A stretch of DNA of 59,750 bases, the filler included. It is 3 parts of 3 records of this genome, joined end to end, with 100 filler letters (N's around TTAATTAATTAA, not from the genome) between each part and the next. Parts side by side here need not be neighbours in the genome. Positions count along the whole stretch, not along the records: positions 1 to 30,084 come from DRR378314_57; 2 more parts are not named here. One strand, written 5' to 3'. Positions 10,595-20,818 of this stretch are shown here, piece after piece. The translations under genes and the position numbers were made by a program. Position 1 is the stretch's first letter; each line of letters begins with the position of its first letter. The notes below the pieces were generated by a model. That model did no database searches. It worked only from the letters and a program-made list of their open reading frames with translations, and was not told the origin of the DNA.

Positions 10595-10990
10595 ATGATT
10601 AAAAAAACAATTATTGGAATACTATTAGGAACGCTAATAGGTATGTTCACAACTTCTTTCTTTTTCCCAAAAGGAATTCATTTTTTTGCATTATTTTGGA
10701 CTAAAATAACAGCTAGCTCAATTGTTGTAGGAGCTTTTTGTGGAGTTTACGCCTACTTATCTAAGTCTAAATTACAAACGTTCTTAGTATCCATTTTAAT
10801 TGGAATGATTACTTTCTATTTAAAATTTTTAATTACAGGCCACAATTTTGACCCATTAACTATGGGTGCATTTACTGGTGCGTTATTGGGTGGTGCTTTT
10901 GCAGTATATAGAAAAATAAATACCTCATTAAAAGTAATGAGGCGTTTAAAAAGACATCGAGAGTCTGGTTTTAATAATTATGGATATTAA
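10595..10990 (+). CDS. Hypothetical four-TM membrane protein
   Basis: Gly-rich hydrophobic helices and a basic tail. Confidence 0.7.
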   Translation: MIKKTIIGILLGTLIGMFTTSFFFPKGIHFFALFWTKITASSIVVGAFCGVYAYLSKSKLQTFLVSILIGMITFYLKFLITGHNFDPLTMGAFTGALLGGAFAVYRKINTSLKVMRRLKRHRESGFNNYGY

Positions 10991-11295
10991 AGATATTGAT
11001 CCACATTTTGCCAAGGCCCTCCATTAATAACATCGACACCATTATTAGATAAAAACTGAGTCGCTTGTCCGCTTCTTCCTCCGCTTTTACACACTGCTAT
11101 TACAGGTTTATTCAATGCTTTAATTTCATCAACTTTTAATGGAATTAGATTCAGAACAATATGTTTCGCTCCCTCAGAATGCCCTTCATCCCATTCCATC
11201 TGAGTTCTTACATCTAACACAACAGCTCCTTTATCTAAATATTCTTTTATTTCGTTACTCATATTTTTCTTTTTAAATAGGCTAAATAAACCCAT
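10987..11295 (-). CDS. Rhodanese-like domain protein
   Basis: LDVRT..EW..GH; active-site loop CKSGGRS; NGGPW. Confidence 0.92.
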   Translation of the reverse strand: MGLFSLFKKKNMSNEIKEYLDKGAVVLDVRTQMEWDEGHSEGAKHIVLNLIPLKVDEIKALNKPVIAVCKSGGRSGQATQFLSNNGVDVINGGPWQNVDQYL

Positions 11296-11310
11296 AATCT
11301 TGATTTGTTT

Positions 11311-13053
11311 TTAATGTGAACACAAAGCTAAACCTTTTTCTATAAGTGATGTGTAGCTTTTGTTACATTTCAATTTTTCTAAGGAAGCTAATAAATCATT
11401 CTTTATAGAAAAATCATTCTTTACTGATAATTCGTACAGTTCTAATAACAACAACCAATCATTTGGGTGACTAAAAATTAACTCATTATAAATCAATTCA
11501 ATTTCTCTTTCAGAAATTACCTGCTTATTTCTTAAATCTCTAACATGAGAATATAAACTATATAACTTTTTATCTTCCTTTGAATACTGAATTTTATGTG
11601 TTTTTGTTTCAGAAACTTTATTGATATCATCAAAAGAATTTACATCTGCAGGGCCTGAATAAGCTGAAGTTACTTCTACTCCGACTGCCATATCGTAAAT
11701 CCCCCAAGCTGGATCAAAAAGAATTGTTTCATTATGAGTAACTGTACAATTTTTAAAAGAGATTATCTGAATTCTTCCTTGCAAATCTCTTGTACCAGTT
11801 ATTACTTCACCTACCACTTTAATTCCACCAACAAATTCCAAGGTTGTTATTTTTCCTTCATATATGCCATAGGCTTCCAAGTCTCTTGGACTCATATTTT
11901 CAATCGGAATATTAATCCCTTTTAATTTACCAATTGGACTTCCAAAACCTTCAGCATGGTATTCAATTCCATGCCCTATTAATTCTTTGTCTCTATTTGC
12001 TAGAGCAGTTGGTCCAGTAGTCTGAATGTATATCGATTTTCCTTCAAATTCAATTACATTACTAAAATGTCCAGAAATTTGAATTCCTGTACTCAACTCA
12101 ATGGTTCCTAAATTTTTAGAATCAATCAATTTTCTAACTCCTTTTGTCCCACCTTTTCTAAGAGACATTGTATTAGCAAATTGCTCTAATACTAAACTTA
12201 ACTTTGCAAAATTTGGAGTAACGTAAAGTTGTGGTTGAGGTTTTGTAATATCAAAACTCATTGTAGCCGCATCTATAGAGTACGGCAATTTTTTAACCTC
12301 ATCTGTTAAACACCAAGCGCTTTCTCCTATAGAAGACAACAATCCTGCTCCATATATTTTTGGATTTTCTAATTCACCAATCAATCCATATTCAACTGTC
12401 CACCAATGTAAGTTTCTTATTTGAGCCATTTCTGACAATTCGCCCATATTATTTTGCAATTCTTCAACAGCTAATTGAGCACTTTTCACATCTTCATCTG
12501 AAGAACTTGGATCTTCTTTTAAGATAGATAATAATCGAATTGCCTCGTACATTTCATAGTCTACAGAAGAAGAAATAGCTTTACTTCCAATTTCTCCAAA
12601 TCGTCTTAAATACTCTGCGTATTCTGGATTAGCAATAATTGGTGCATGCCCTGCTGCTTCATGAATAATATCTGGAGCTGGTGTGTATTGTATATGATCT
12701 ATTGTTCTCATGTCAGATGCAATTACCAATACATTATAGGCTTGAAACTCCATAAAAGCATTTGGCGGAATAAATCCATCCACAGAAACTGCAGCCCAAC
12801 CAATCTCTTTTAAAATTCTATTCATCCCTTCCATGTGTGGAATAGCATCTAAAGAAATACCTGTCTTTTCTAATCCTTTTAAATAAGATTTGTGCGCAAC
12901 TTTCCCTAAATAATCAACATTCATTCGCATTACATAACGCCAAACCGCTTGGTTTTGGGCTGTATAATCATTATAAGGTTGCTTAACAATAAATTTATGT
13001 AAATGCTTTGGTAATTTTTTAGTTACTTCATTCAATTCAAAATGACTTTCCAT
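11311..13053 (-). CDS. phhA: Aromatic amino acid hydroxylase (phenylalanine 4-monooxygenase), long form
   Basis: YTPAPDIIHEAAGH (HxxxxH), WWTVEYGL and YGAGLLSSIGE iron-binding motifs, plus a C-terminal extension of about 280 aa. Confidence 0.9.
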   Translation of the reverse strand: MESHFELNEVTKKLPKHLHKFIVKQPYNDYTAQNQAVWRYVMRMNVDYLGKVAHKSYLKGLEKTGISLDAIPHMEGMNRILKEIGWAAVSVDGFIPPNAFMEFQAYNVLVIASDMRTIDHIQYTPAPDIIHEAAGHAPIIANPEYAEYLRRFGEIGSKAISSSVDYEMYEAIRLLSILKEDPSSSDEDVKSAQLAVEELQNNMGELSEMAQIRNLHWWTVEYGLIGELENPKIYGAGLLSSIGESAWCLTDEVKKLPYSIDAATMSFDITKPQPQLYVTPNFAKLSLVLEQFANTMSLRKGGTKGVRKLIDSKNLGTIELSTGIQISGHFSNVIEFEGKSIYIQTTGPTALANRDKELIGHGIEYHAEGFGSPIGKLKGINIPIENMSPRDLEAYGIYEGKITTLEFVGGIKVVGEVITGTRDLQGRIQIISFKNCTVTHNETILFDPAWGIYDMAVGVEVTSAYSGPADVNSFDDINKVSETKTHKIQYSKEDKKLYSLYSHVRDLRNKQVISEREIELIYNELIFSHPNDWLLLLELYELSVKNDFSIKNDLLASLEKLKCNKSYTSLIEKGLALCSH

Positions 13054-13193
13054 TTTATAAGAAACGAGTTTACACTCTTTTTTAAGTTGATAATTTGCTC
13101 TGTAAAGTTACATATTTTGAGATTGATTTTTGTTAAATTCATATTTAAAAGTTCCTATTTATTATCTTAGCAGAAATCAATTATTATTATACT

Positions 13194-14315
13194 TTGAAAA
13201 ACCTCCAATTAAGATTTATATTTTTGAGTTTAATCATCTTTTTGATGATTAGCTGCAATAAAGAAAAGAAGCTACAGATAGATCTAACGTCAGAAATTGT
13301 AGAACCAAAAACGTATGTTATTCATAAAATATCGGCTCCAATAATTATTGATGGTCAAGCAAATGAATTAGATTGGAAAAATGCTAAATTCTCTTCAAAT
13401 TTTATTGATATTGAAGGTGTTAAAATCCCAAAACAACAAACCAATATTAAAATGCTTTGGGATGAAAATTATCTTTACATATATGCTAAACTACATGAAA
13501 AACATATTTGGGGAGATATCAAAAAAAGAGATCAAGTAATTTTTTACAACAATGATTTTGAAGTGTTTATTAGTCCTTCTAACGATACTCATAATTACGG
13601 AGAAATAGAAATAAATGCGCTTAATACTGTTTGGGATTTAGTTTTAAACAAACCTTATAACGTGGGAGGAAAACCTAAAAATAAATGGAATTTAAATGAT
13701 TTAAAAACAGCTGTTTTTATAAAGGGAACATTAAATAACCCTAAAGATATTGATGAGTATTGGTCAGTTGAAATGGCCATACCTTTAAATGCTTTTGCTG
13801 AGCTTAAAAATAGACCAAAAGTTAACCCAAAAGATGGAGAACAATGGCGAATCAATTTTTCTCGTGTACAATGGGATCATGATATAACTAAAGGAGTTTA
13901 TTCTAGAAAAAAAAGAGATAACAAATTCTTACCAGAATACAATTGGGTTTGGTCTAATCAAGGTGCAATAAATATGCATTTACCAGAAAATTGGGGTTAC
14001 ATTCAGTTTTCAGATAACAAAACTGATACTCCAACAAGTTTTAAACATCAAACAGATGTTTTAACTGAACAAGCTACTTATGCTTTGTTTAGAACAATTG
14101 CTTTTAAAAAATTAAAGCATTTAAAAAATAATGAGCCTGGTTTTCAGGTAGAGTTTAAACCGATAAAAATAAAAGATCAAATAATTTCTGCTTCTTTTTT
14201 AAAAACGTATACCGGTTTTACTATTCAGACTCAAAATATTTCAAAGAATACGATTTACTTAATTAATGAAACAGGATTGATTCATCGTAAAAATATCAAC
14301 AACACAAAAAACTAA
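13194..14315 (+). CDS. Carbohydrate-binding family 9-like (CBM9/DOMON-like) lipoprotein
   Basis: Lipobox MISC; IIIDG...W, MLWDENYLY, DFEVFI, EINALNT, WSVEMAIP, WRINFSR and H.PE.WG motifs. TTG start. Confidence 0.85.
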   Translation: MKNLQLRFIFLSLIIFLMISCNKEKKLQIDLTSEIVEPKTYVIHKISAPIIIDGQANELDWKNAKFSSNFIDIEGVKIPKQQTNIKMLWDENYLYIYAKLHEKHIWGDIKKRDQVIFYNNDFEVFISPSNDTHNYGEIEINALNTVWDLVLNKPYNVGGKPKNKWNLNDLKTAVFIKGTLNNPKDIDEYWSVEMAIPLNAFAELKNRPKVNPKDGEQWRINFSRVQWDHDITKGVYSRKKRDNKFLPEYNWVWSNQGAINMHLPENWGYIQFSDNKTDTPTSFKHQTDVLTEQATYALFRTIAFKKLKHLKNNEPGFQVEFKPIKIKDQIISASFLKTYTGFTIQTQNISKNTIYLINETGLIHRKNINNTKN

Positions 14316-14319
14316 TCTT

Positions 14320-15387
14320 TTGAAAAAAATCGCTTTACTTTTCGCAGTATTTCTTATTATTTCTTGTAATCAAAAAAAACAGAAACAATCACCTATTGAA
14401 AAATTCACATTAAGCTCTTGGACCAACGTTGGTAAAAATATTACTAACGAAGCTTGGATTAAAAGATTAAATTATTATGATTCTTTAGGGATTAGTGAGT
14501 TACTTGTAGGTGCATCTCCAGACGTTTTAGAAAGAATTATTCCGTTAGCTAACAAAAAAAACATCAAAATTCATGGTTGGATGTGGACTTTAAATAGACC
14601 TGGAGATTCTATAGCAAAACAACATCCAGAATGGTATGCTGTTAATAGAAAAGGTCAAAATTCTTTAGAATATAGAGCTTATGTAAACTACTATCAATGG
14701 TTAAGTCCGTTTCATCCAGAAGCTAGGAATCACATCATTAATAATGCTAAAAAAATGATGGCAGTAAAAGGTTTAGCTTCTGTACATTTAGATTATGTTC
14801 GGTATCCAGATGTTATTTTAGGTGCCGATTTACAACCTAAATATAATCTAGTACAAGAAACAGAAATGCCAGAATATGATTACGATTATCATCCAATTGC
14901 TAGAGCTAAATACAAAGAGATTTTTGACAAAGACCCTATCGAATATAAACATCCTGAATTATCTACAGAATGGAGGCAATTTAGATTAAATGCTATAACA
15001 AGTTTAGTTAATGAAATTGTAGAAATTGCGCATTCAAAAGACAAAAAAGTGACTGCAGCGGTATTTCCTTTTCCAGAAATGTCTAGACAAATGGTAAGAC
15101 AGGCTTGGAATGATTGGAATTTAAATACAGCATACCCAATGCTATATCAAAATTTTTATAGAGAAAATATTAATTGGATTGGTTTTGCTACCAAACAAGG
15201 CGTTTCTGACGTAGATTTCCCAATTATTGCTGGTTTATATGCTCCTGCTTTACGAAATGCTAAAGATTTAGAAAAAGCAATTAAAATAGCCAAAGAAAAC
15301 GGAGCTAAAGGAATTTCTATTTTTACTGCTGATGGTTTATCTAAAGAGCAAAAAGCTGTATTCGTAAAACTAAAAAACGAGCTTTAA
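14320..15387 (+). CDS. GHL10/DUF187-like glycoside hydrolase lipoprotein
   Basis: Lipobox IISC; HGWMW, HPEWY, VHLDYVRYPD, QAW and YPMLY motifs. Confidence 0.8.
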   Translation: MKKIALLFAVFLIISCNQKKQKQSPIEKFTLSSWTNVGKNITNEAWIKRLNYYDSLGISELLVGASPDVLERIIPLANKKNIKIHGWMWTLNRPGDSIAKQHPEWYAVNRKGQNSLEYRAYVNYYQWLSPFHPEARNHIINNAKKMMAVKGLASVHLDYVRYPDVILGADLQPKYNLVQETEMPEYDYDYHPIARAKYKEIFDKDPIEYKHPELSTEWRQFRLNAITSLVNEIVEIAHSKDKKVTAAVFPFPEMSRQMVRQAWNDWNLNTAYPMLYQNFYRENINWIGFATKQGVSDVDFPIIAGLYAPALRNAKDLEKAIKIAKENGAKGISIFTADGLSKEQKAVFVKLKNEL

Positions 15388-15447
15388 TTGTAACTTTTCA
15401 CCCACTTTTTCAACTAATAAATATAGTTTCACTTTAAAATTTTTGTT

Positions 15448-15708
15448 ATGGGTTTCGGTGGTTCAGTTTCGGCAATGGTTACAAGTTTAAAAAATAATAA
15501 AAGAACTAGACCTAGTGCTTTTAAAAAAATTAAACATTTAGAAAAAGGGAAATACAAAAAGGGAAGCATAGACAAAAAAGCTAGTCCAGAATTGCTAAAA
15601 GATATTCGTCTAAAAACAAAAAAAGAACAAAAAACAAGATTGATTAAAAACCTTATTGCTTTAATTATTTTAATTACATTTTTCTTTTTAATTGCTTGGT
15701 TAAGTTAA
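15448..15708 (+). CDS. Small basic protein with C-terminal TM anchor (unknown function)
   Basis: MGFGGSVSAMVTSLKNNKR N-terminus; Lys-rich; hydrophobic C-terminus. Confidence 0.75.
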   Translation: MGFGGSVSAMVTSLKNNKRTRPSAFKKIKHLEKGKYKKGSIDKKASPELLKDIRLKTKKEQKTRLIKNLIALIILITFFFLIAWLS

Positions 15709-15791
15709 TTCTCTATTTTTCTCTATCGGTTTCGTAAAATATTGCAATCAACCTAAAAATCTTTCTTATTTTTACTGGATAATTTATCTCT

Positions 15792-17309
15792 ATGAATAAA
15801 AAAGTAATCTTATTAATTTTAGATGGTTGGGGCATTACACAAAACCCTAAAGTCTCAGCTATTTACAATGCTAAAACTCCTTATATAAACTCATTATACA
15901 ATGATTTTCCGCATGCAAGTTTGCGAACTGACGGAGAACATGTTGGTTTGCCTATTGGGCAAATGGGAAATTCTGAAGTTGGACACATGAATTTGGGAGC
16001 TGGTAGAATTGTATATCAGAATTTAGCTAAAATTAACAAAGCAATTGAAGAAAATACTTTAGCTGAAGAAAAAACCTTGCTTAATGCTTTTGATTATGCA
16101 AAAAAGCATAAAAAGAATGTGCATTTCTTAGGGCTGGTTTCTAATGGTGGTATTCATTCTCACATCAATCATTTGAAAGGATTATTACACGCCGCAAATA
16201 ATAACAATGTAGAGAATGTGTATTTGCATGCTTTTACTGATGGTAGAGATTGTGACCCAAAATCTGGCAAATATTTCATCAATGATATTCAAGACACCTT
16301 AAAAGAAACCAACGGAGCACTGGCTTCTATTACAGGTAGATATTATGCAATGGATAGAGATAATCGTTGGGAGAGAGTTCAATTAGCTTATGATGCTTTG
16401 GTAAATGGCGTTGGAAGAAATTCTAAAAATGCAATTGAAAGCATCCAGAATAGTTATGATGCAGGCGTTACTGATGAGTTTATAAAACCAATTATTATGG
16501 TTGATGAAAACGAGCAACCAAAAGCTACTATTAAAGATGATGATGTTGTTATCTTTTTTAACTTTAGGACAGATAGAGGAAGGCAGTTAACAAATGCTTT
16601 AAGTCAAAAAGATTTTTCAGAATATAATATGAAAGCTTTGTCTTTACATTATGTTACGATGACAAATTATGACGAAACTTTTAAAAATATAAACGTAGTT
16701 TACAACTCAAATAATATAGAAAACACCTTAGGGGAAGTTTTAGAATCAGCTGGAAAAAAGCAAATTCGTATTGCAGAAACTGAGAAATATCCTCATGTTA
16801 CATTTTTCTTTTCTGGAGGAAGAGAACAAGAGTTTAATGGCGAAAAAAGATTATTGTGTCCTTCTCCTAAAGTCGCTACTTATGATTTAAAACCTGAAAT
16901 GAGTGCATACGAAATTAGAGATGCAATCGTTCCTAAATTAGAACAAGGCGATGTTGATTTTGTCTGTTTAAATTTTGCAAATGGAGATATGGTTGGTCAT
17001 ACAGGAGATTTTGATGCTGCTGTAAAAGCTTGCGAATCTGTAGATATAGTTACAAAAGATGTAATAACAACTGCTTTAAACAATGAATATACAACATTAC
17101 TTATTGCAGATCATGGAAATTGTGAAACTATGATCAATCCAGATGGAACTCCACATACAGCACACACTACAAACCCCGTACCTTTTATATTAATTGACAA
17201 AGAAATCAAATCAATTAAAAATGGTATCTTGGGCGATATTGCTCCTACAATTTTAAAATTAATGGGAGTAGATCAACCAAAAGAAATGACACAAAAACCT
17301 TTAGTTTAA
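15792..17309 (+). CDS. gpmI: 2,3-bisphosphoglycerate-independent phosphoglycerate mutase
   Basis: ILDGWG, QMGNSEVGH, GRYYAMDRD, AETEKYPHVTFF, DMVGHTG and ADHGN motifs. Confidence 0.99.
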   Translation: MNKKVILLILDGWGITQNPKVSAIYNAKTPYINSLYNDFPHASLRTDGEHVGLPIGQMGNSEVGHMNLGAGRIVYQNLAKINKAIEENTLAEEKTLLNAFDYAKKHKKNVHFLGLVSNGGIHSHINHLKGLLHAANNNNVENVYLHAFTDGRDCDPKSGKYFINDIQDTLKETNGALASITGRYYAMDRDNRWERVQLAYDALVNGVGRNSKNAIESIQNSYDAGVTDEFIKPIIMVDENEQPKATIKDDDVVIFFNFRTDRGRQLTNALSQKDFSEYNMKALSLHYVTMTNYDETFKNINVVYNSNNIENTLGEVLESAGKKQIRIAETEKYPHVTFFFSGGREQEFNGEKRLLCPSPKVATYDLKPEMSAYEIRDAIVPKLEQGDVDFVCLNFANGDMVGHTGDFDAAVKACESVDIVTKDVITTALNNEYTTLLIADHGNCETMINPDGTPHTAHTTNPVPFILIDKEIKSIKNGILGDIAPTILKLMGVDQPKEMTQKPLV

Positions 17310-17317
17310 GAATAGTT

Positions 17318-17845
17318 ATGAAAAAAATAATCCTGCTTTTCGTCTTAACTTTAAGTATTAGCTGTACTGCTCAAGAAAAAAAAGCTACTAAAAACGCTTC
17401 CGGAGATTTAGTTGGAATTACCGCTAGATCAGATTTTGATCAACAACCATATACAAGATGGTTTCAAAGATATTATGACAATTATTCTGTCGATAAAAAC
17501 ACATCCAAAAAAATAAAAAAAGCACTAAAAGGAGTTACTATAAAAGCATTTATGGGAACTTGGTGCGGAGATAGCAAAAGAGAAACACCTAAATTTTACA
17601 AACTATTATCTTTAGCCGAATTTGATTTAAAGAATTTAGAAATGATTACTGTTAATAGAGGCAAAAGAACTCCAGATAATTTACAAAGAGGGTTAGAAAT
17701 TAGAAGAGTACCTACTTTTATCTTTTTTAAAAATGGTAAAGAAATTGGACGTTATGTAGAATATGCAAGAGAATCTTTAGAAAAAGATATTTTAAAAATT
17801 TTAACTGGCAAAGACTACAAACATTCTTACGATCATTCTAAATAA
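17318..17845 (+). CDS. Thioredoxin-family lipoprotein (CxxS)
   Basis: Lipobox SISC; GTWCGDS; cis-Pro loop RVPTFI. Confidence 0.88.
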   Translation: MKKIILLFVLTLSISCTAQEKKATKNASGDLVGITARSDFDQQPYTRWFQRYYDNYSVDKNTSKKIKKALKGVTIKAFMGTWCGDSKRETPKFYKLLSLAEFDLKNLEMITVNRGKRTPDNLQRGLEIRRVPTFIFFKNGKEIGRYVEYARESLEKDILKILTGKDYKHSYDHSK

Positions 17846-17848
17846 TAT

Positions 17849-18250
17849 ATGCTACCAAAAGACCATTTAATTATTGCCATTGATTTTGATGGAACCATTG
17901 TAGAAGATGCTTATCCAAAAATCGGAAAACCAATGATCTTTGCTTTTGAAACAATTAAAAAACTTCAATCTGATGGACACCGATTAATTTTATGGACCTA
18001 TAGAAGTGGAAGAAAATTAAAAGAAGCTGTAGCATTCTGTGAAGAAAATGGAATCGAGTTTTATGCTGTTAACAAAAATTATCCTGAAGAAGAATTTGAT
18101 GGAAAAATTAGCCGAAAAATTAACGCCGATTTATTTATTGATGATAGAAACGTAGGTGGTTTTATTGGCTGGACAGAGATTTATAAAATCATATTTAATT
18201 ATGAACCAGAATTACCTAAAAAGAAAGGTTTTTTCTCTCTTTTTAAATAA
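17849..18250 (+). CDS. BT0820-like HAD-type hydrolase
   Basis: IAIDFDGTIV, LILWTYR, RKINADLFIDDRN. Confidence 0.88.
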   Translation: MLPKDHLIIAIDFDGTIVEDAYPKIGKPMIFAFETIKKLQSDGHRLILWTYRSGRKLKEAVAFCEENGIEFYAVNKNYPEEEFDGKISRKINADLFIDDRNVGGFIGWTEIYKIIFNYEPELPKKKGFFSLFK

Positions 18251-18265
18251 TTCTGGTCAGAATTT

Positions 18266-19534
18266 TTATTTTATCTCATCAAAATAACTTCTTTCTATAT
18301 TTTCTCTAAAATTGGGATGTGCAATATTTACTAATTCTTTTACGCGTTGCTTAATGGTTTTACCATATAAATTAGCAACACCATATTCTGTAACAATATA
18401 TTGTACATGAGCTCTAGTCGTAACAACTCCTGCTCCTGGTTTTAAAAATGGTGTAATTCTACTAATTCCTTTATTTGTAACAGAAGGTAAAGCTATAATT
18501 GCCTTTCCTCCTTCACTTAAAGAAGCTCCACGAATAAAATCCATTTGACCTCCAACTCCAGAATACATATTCTGACCTATAGAATCTGCACAGACCTGTC
18601 CAGTAACATCTACTTCTATAGCCGAATTAATAGCAACCATTTTAGGGTTTTGTCTTATTATAGCAACATCATTTGTATAATTAGATGCTCTCATTTCTAT
18701 AAATGGATTGTCGTCTACATAATCATAAAGTTTTTGAGAACCAATTAAAAAAGTAGCCAATGCTCTTCCTCTATTTACTGCTTTGTAATTCCCGTTTATA
18801 ACGTCCTTTAAAATTAAATCTATAACTCCATCAGAAAACATTTCTGTATGTAACCCTAAATCTTTATGGTTACCTAATCTTGATAAAACCGCATTCGGAA
18901 TACTTCCAATTCCCATTTGCAGCGTACTTCTATCTTCAATTAACCCAGCAACATGGTTCCCAATTTGGTTTTCTATTTCTGTTGGCGCTGAAACATCATG
19001 AGCATGAAGTTTTTCATTACAATCTACAAATGAATTAATTTCTGAAACATGAATTATACCAGCTCCAAAAGTTCTAGGCATATTAGGATTTACTTGAGCA
19101 ATTACATAAGTTGCATTTTCTATGGCTGCTAAAGTTGCCTCAACAGAAACACCAAGAGAACAATATCCGTGTTTATCTGGAACAGATACTTGAATTAGTG
19201 CAACATCTAGATTGATGATATTTTTCTTAAAAAGTGTAGGTAATTCACTTAAAAATACTGGTGTATAAGAACCGTTTCCTGCTTTTAGTGTATGACGAAC
19301 ATTTTTTCCAATAAAAAAAGAATTAACATGAAAACTATGTCTCAATTCTGGATTTGCATAAGGTGCATCTCCTTCTATATGTAAATGACAAACTTCTACA
19401 TTTCTAAGTTCTTCATGTCTTGCAGACATGGCATTAATTAATTGTTGTGGTGCAGCTGCTGCTGCCTGTATATATACTCTATTGTTCGATTTTATAACTT
19501 TTACTGCTTCTTCTGCAGTTACTGATTTGTACAT
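18266..19534 (-). CDS. Acetyl-CoA hydrolase/transferase family protein (4-hydroxybutyrate CoA-transferase-like)
   Basis: LQMGIGSIP, HTEMFSDG, SGVGGQMDF and VTEYG motifs. ATG at 19534. Confidence 0.95.
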   Translation of the reverse strand: MYKSVTAEEAVKVIKSNNRVYIQAAAAAPQQLINAMSARHEELRNVEVCHLHIEGDAPYANPELRHSFHVNSFFIGKNVRHTLKAGNGSYTPVFLSELPTLFKKNIINLDVALIQVSVPDKHGYCSLGVSVEATLAAIENATYVIAQVNPNMPRTFGAGIIHVSEINSFVDCNEKLHAHDVSAPTEIENQIGNHVAGLIEDRSTLQMGIGSIPNAVLSRLGNHKDLGLHTEMFSDGVIDLILKDVINGNYKAVNRGRALATFLIGSQKLYDYVDDNPFIEMRASNYTNDVAIIRQNPKMVAINSAIEVDVTGQVCADSIGQNMYSGVGGQMDFIRGASLSEGGKAIIALPSVTNKGISRITPFLKPGAGVVTTRAHVQYIVTEYGVANLYGKTIKQRVKELVNIAHPNFRENIERSYFDEIK

Positions 19535-19557
19535 TATTTTTAGATTTAAATACATCG

Positions 19558-19565
19558 CAAAAATA
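19558..19565 (-). promoter_or_regulatory. -7 promoter element TATTTTTG for the CoA-transferase gene
   Basis: Exact TAnnTTTG match 23 nt upstream of the ATG. Confidence 0.65.
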
Positions 19566-19646
19566 CAAACACAAAAGAGCTAAAAAGCTGTCAATTATCA
19601 TATTTTAAAGAAATATTTATGCATTCGGTAATTTCATTTTTTAAAG

Positions 19647-19654
19647 TATCTTTG
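19647..19654 (+). promoter_or_regulatory. -7 promoter element TATCTTTG for map
   Basis: Exact TAnnTTTG match 21 nt upstream of ATG 19676. Confidence 0.7.
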
Positions 19655-19675
19655 CATCCTAATTCTATTATTGAA

Positions 19676-20494
19676 ATGATAAAAATTAAAAGCTTAGAAG
19701 AAATTGAATTAATGCGCGAAAGTGCTTTAATTGTTTCTAAAACTTTGGGAATACTTGCAAAAGAAGTTAAACCAGGTGTTACTACCCTACAATTAGATAA
19801 AATTGCAGAAGAATACATCCGTTCTGAAGGAGCTATTCCTGGATTTTTAGGATTATATGATTTTCCAAATACTTTATGCATGAGTCCTAACGCGCAAGTT
19901 GTACATGGATTCCCAACAAATGAACCTTTGGTAGAAGGAGATATTATCTCAATTGATTGTGGAGCTATAAAGAATGGCTTTTATGGTGATCATGCCTATA
20001 CTTTTGAAGTAGGAGAAGTTGCTCCAGAAACTAAAAAATTGTTAGACGTTACCAAACAAAGTTTATATGAAGGTATACGTCAGTTTAAAGCAGGAAACAG
20101 AGTTGGTGATGTTGGTTTTGCTATTCAACATTATGCAGAAAAACACGGTTATGGAGTTGTTAGAGAATTGGTTGGACATGGTTTAGGAAGAGAAATGCAC
20201 GAAGACCCAGAAATGCCTAATTATGGAAAAAGAGGGCGTGGAAAAAAGTTTGCTGACGGTATGGTTGTTGCCATAGAACCAATGATAAACATGGGGACTC
20301 ATAAGATCAATCATTTAAAGGATGGTTGGACAATTTTAACTAGAGATGGAAAACCTAGCGCACATTTTGAACATGATGTTGCAATTGTAAATGGAAAACC
20401 TGAATTATTATCTACTTTTAATTATATCTATGATGCTTTAGGTATAACTTCTGAAGAAGAAAAAGAGTTTAGACAAAAAGATTTTATTTTATAA
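19676..20494 (+). CDS. map: Methionine aminopeptidase, type I
   Basis: VHGFP, IDCG, YGDHA, GHGLG..MHEDP, IEPMIN and SAHFEH motifs. ATG at 19676. Confidence 0.98.
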   Translation: MIKIKSLEEIELMRESALIVSKTLGILAKEVKPGVTTLQLDKIAEEYIRSEGAIPGFLGLYDFPNTLCMSPNAQVVHGFPTNEPLVEGDIISIDCGAIKNGFYGDHAYTFEVGEVAPETKKLLDVTKQSLYEGIRQFKAGNRVGDVGFAIQHYAEKHGYGVVRELVGHGLGREMHEDPEMPNYGKRGRGKKFADGMVVAIEPMINMGTHKINHLKDGWTILTRDGKPSAHFEHDVAIVNGKPELLSTFNYIYDALGITSEEEKEFRQKDFIL

Positions 20495-20496
20495 AG

Positions 20497-20811
20497 ATGA
20501 TTAACATATCTGAAATACCAACAAAAGAAATATTACCTGGTTTTGTAGCTCGTTTTTTACACACAGAAAACAATACTATAGGATTTGTAGATATAAAAGC
20601 TGGTGGAATTTTACCAGAACATGCACATCATCATACTCAAACTACTCAGGTTACAGAAGGAAATTTAGAACTTACAATAAACGGAGTTACTTCAGTTTTT
20701 AAACCTGGAATGATTGCAGTAATTCCTTCAAACATTCCGCATAGCGCAAAAGCTTTAACTGATTGCAAAGTGACAGACATATTTTCTCCAGTTAGAGAAG
20801 ATTATAAATAA
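20497..20811 (+). CDS. Cupin-domain protein
   Basis: PEHAHHHTQ...G.L; IPSNIPHS; DIFSPVREDY. Confidence 0.9.
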   Translation: MINISEIPTKEILPGFVARFLHTENNTIGFVDIKAGGILPEHAHHHTQTTQVTEGNLELTINGVTSVFKPGMIAVIPSNIPHSAKALTDCKVTDIFSPVREDYK

Positions 20812-20818
20812 TTTTCTT

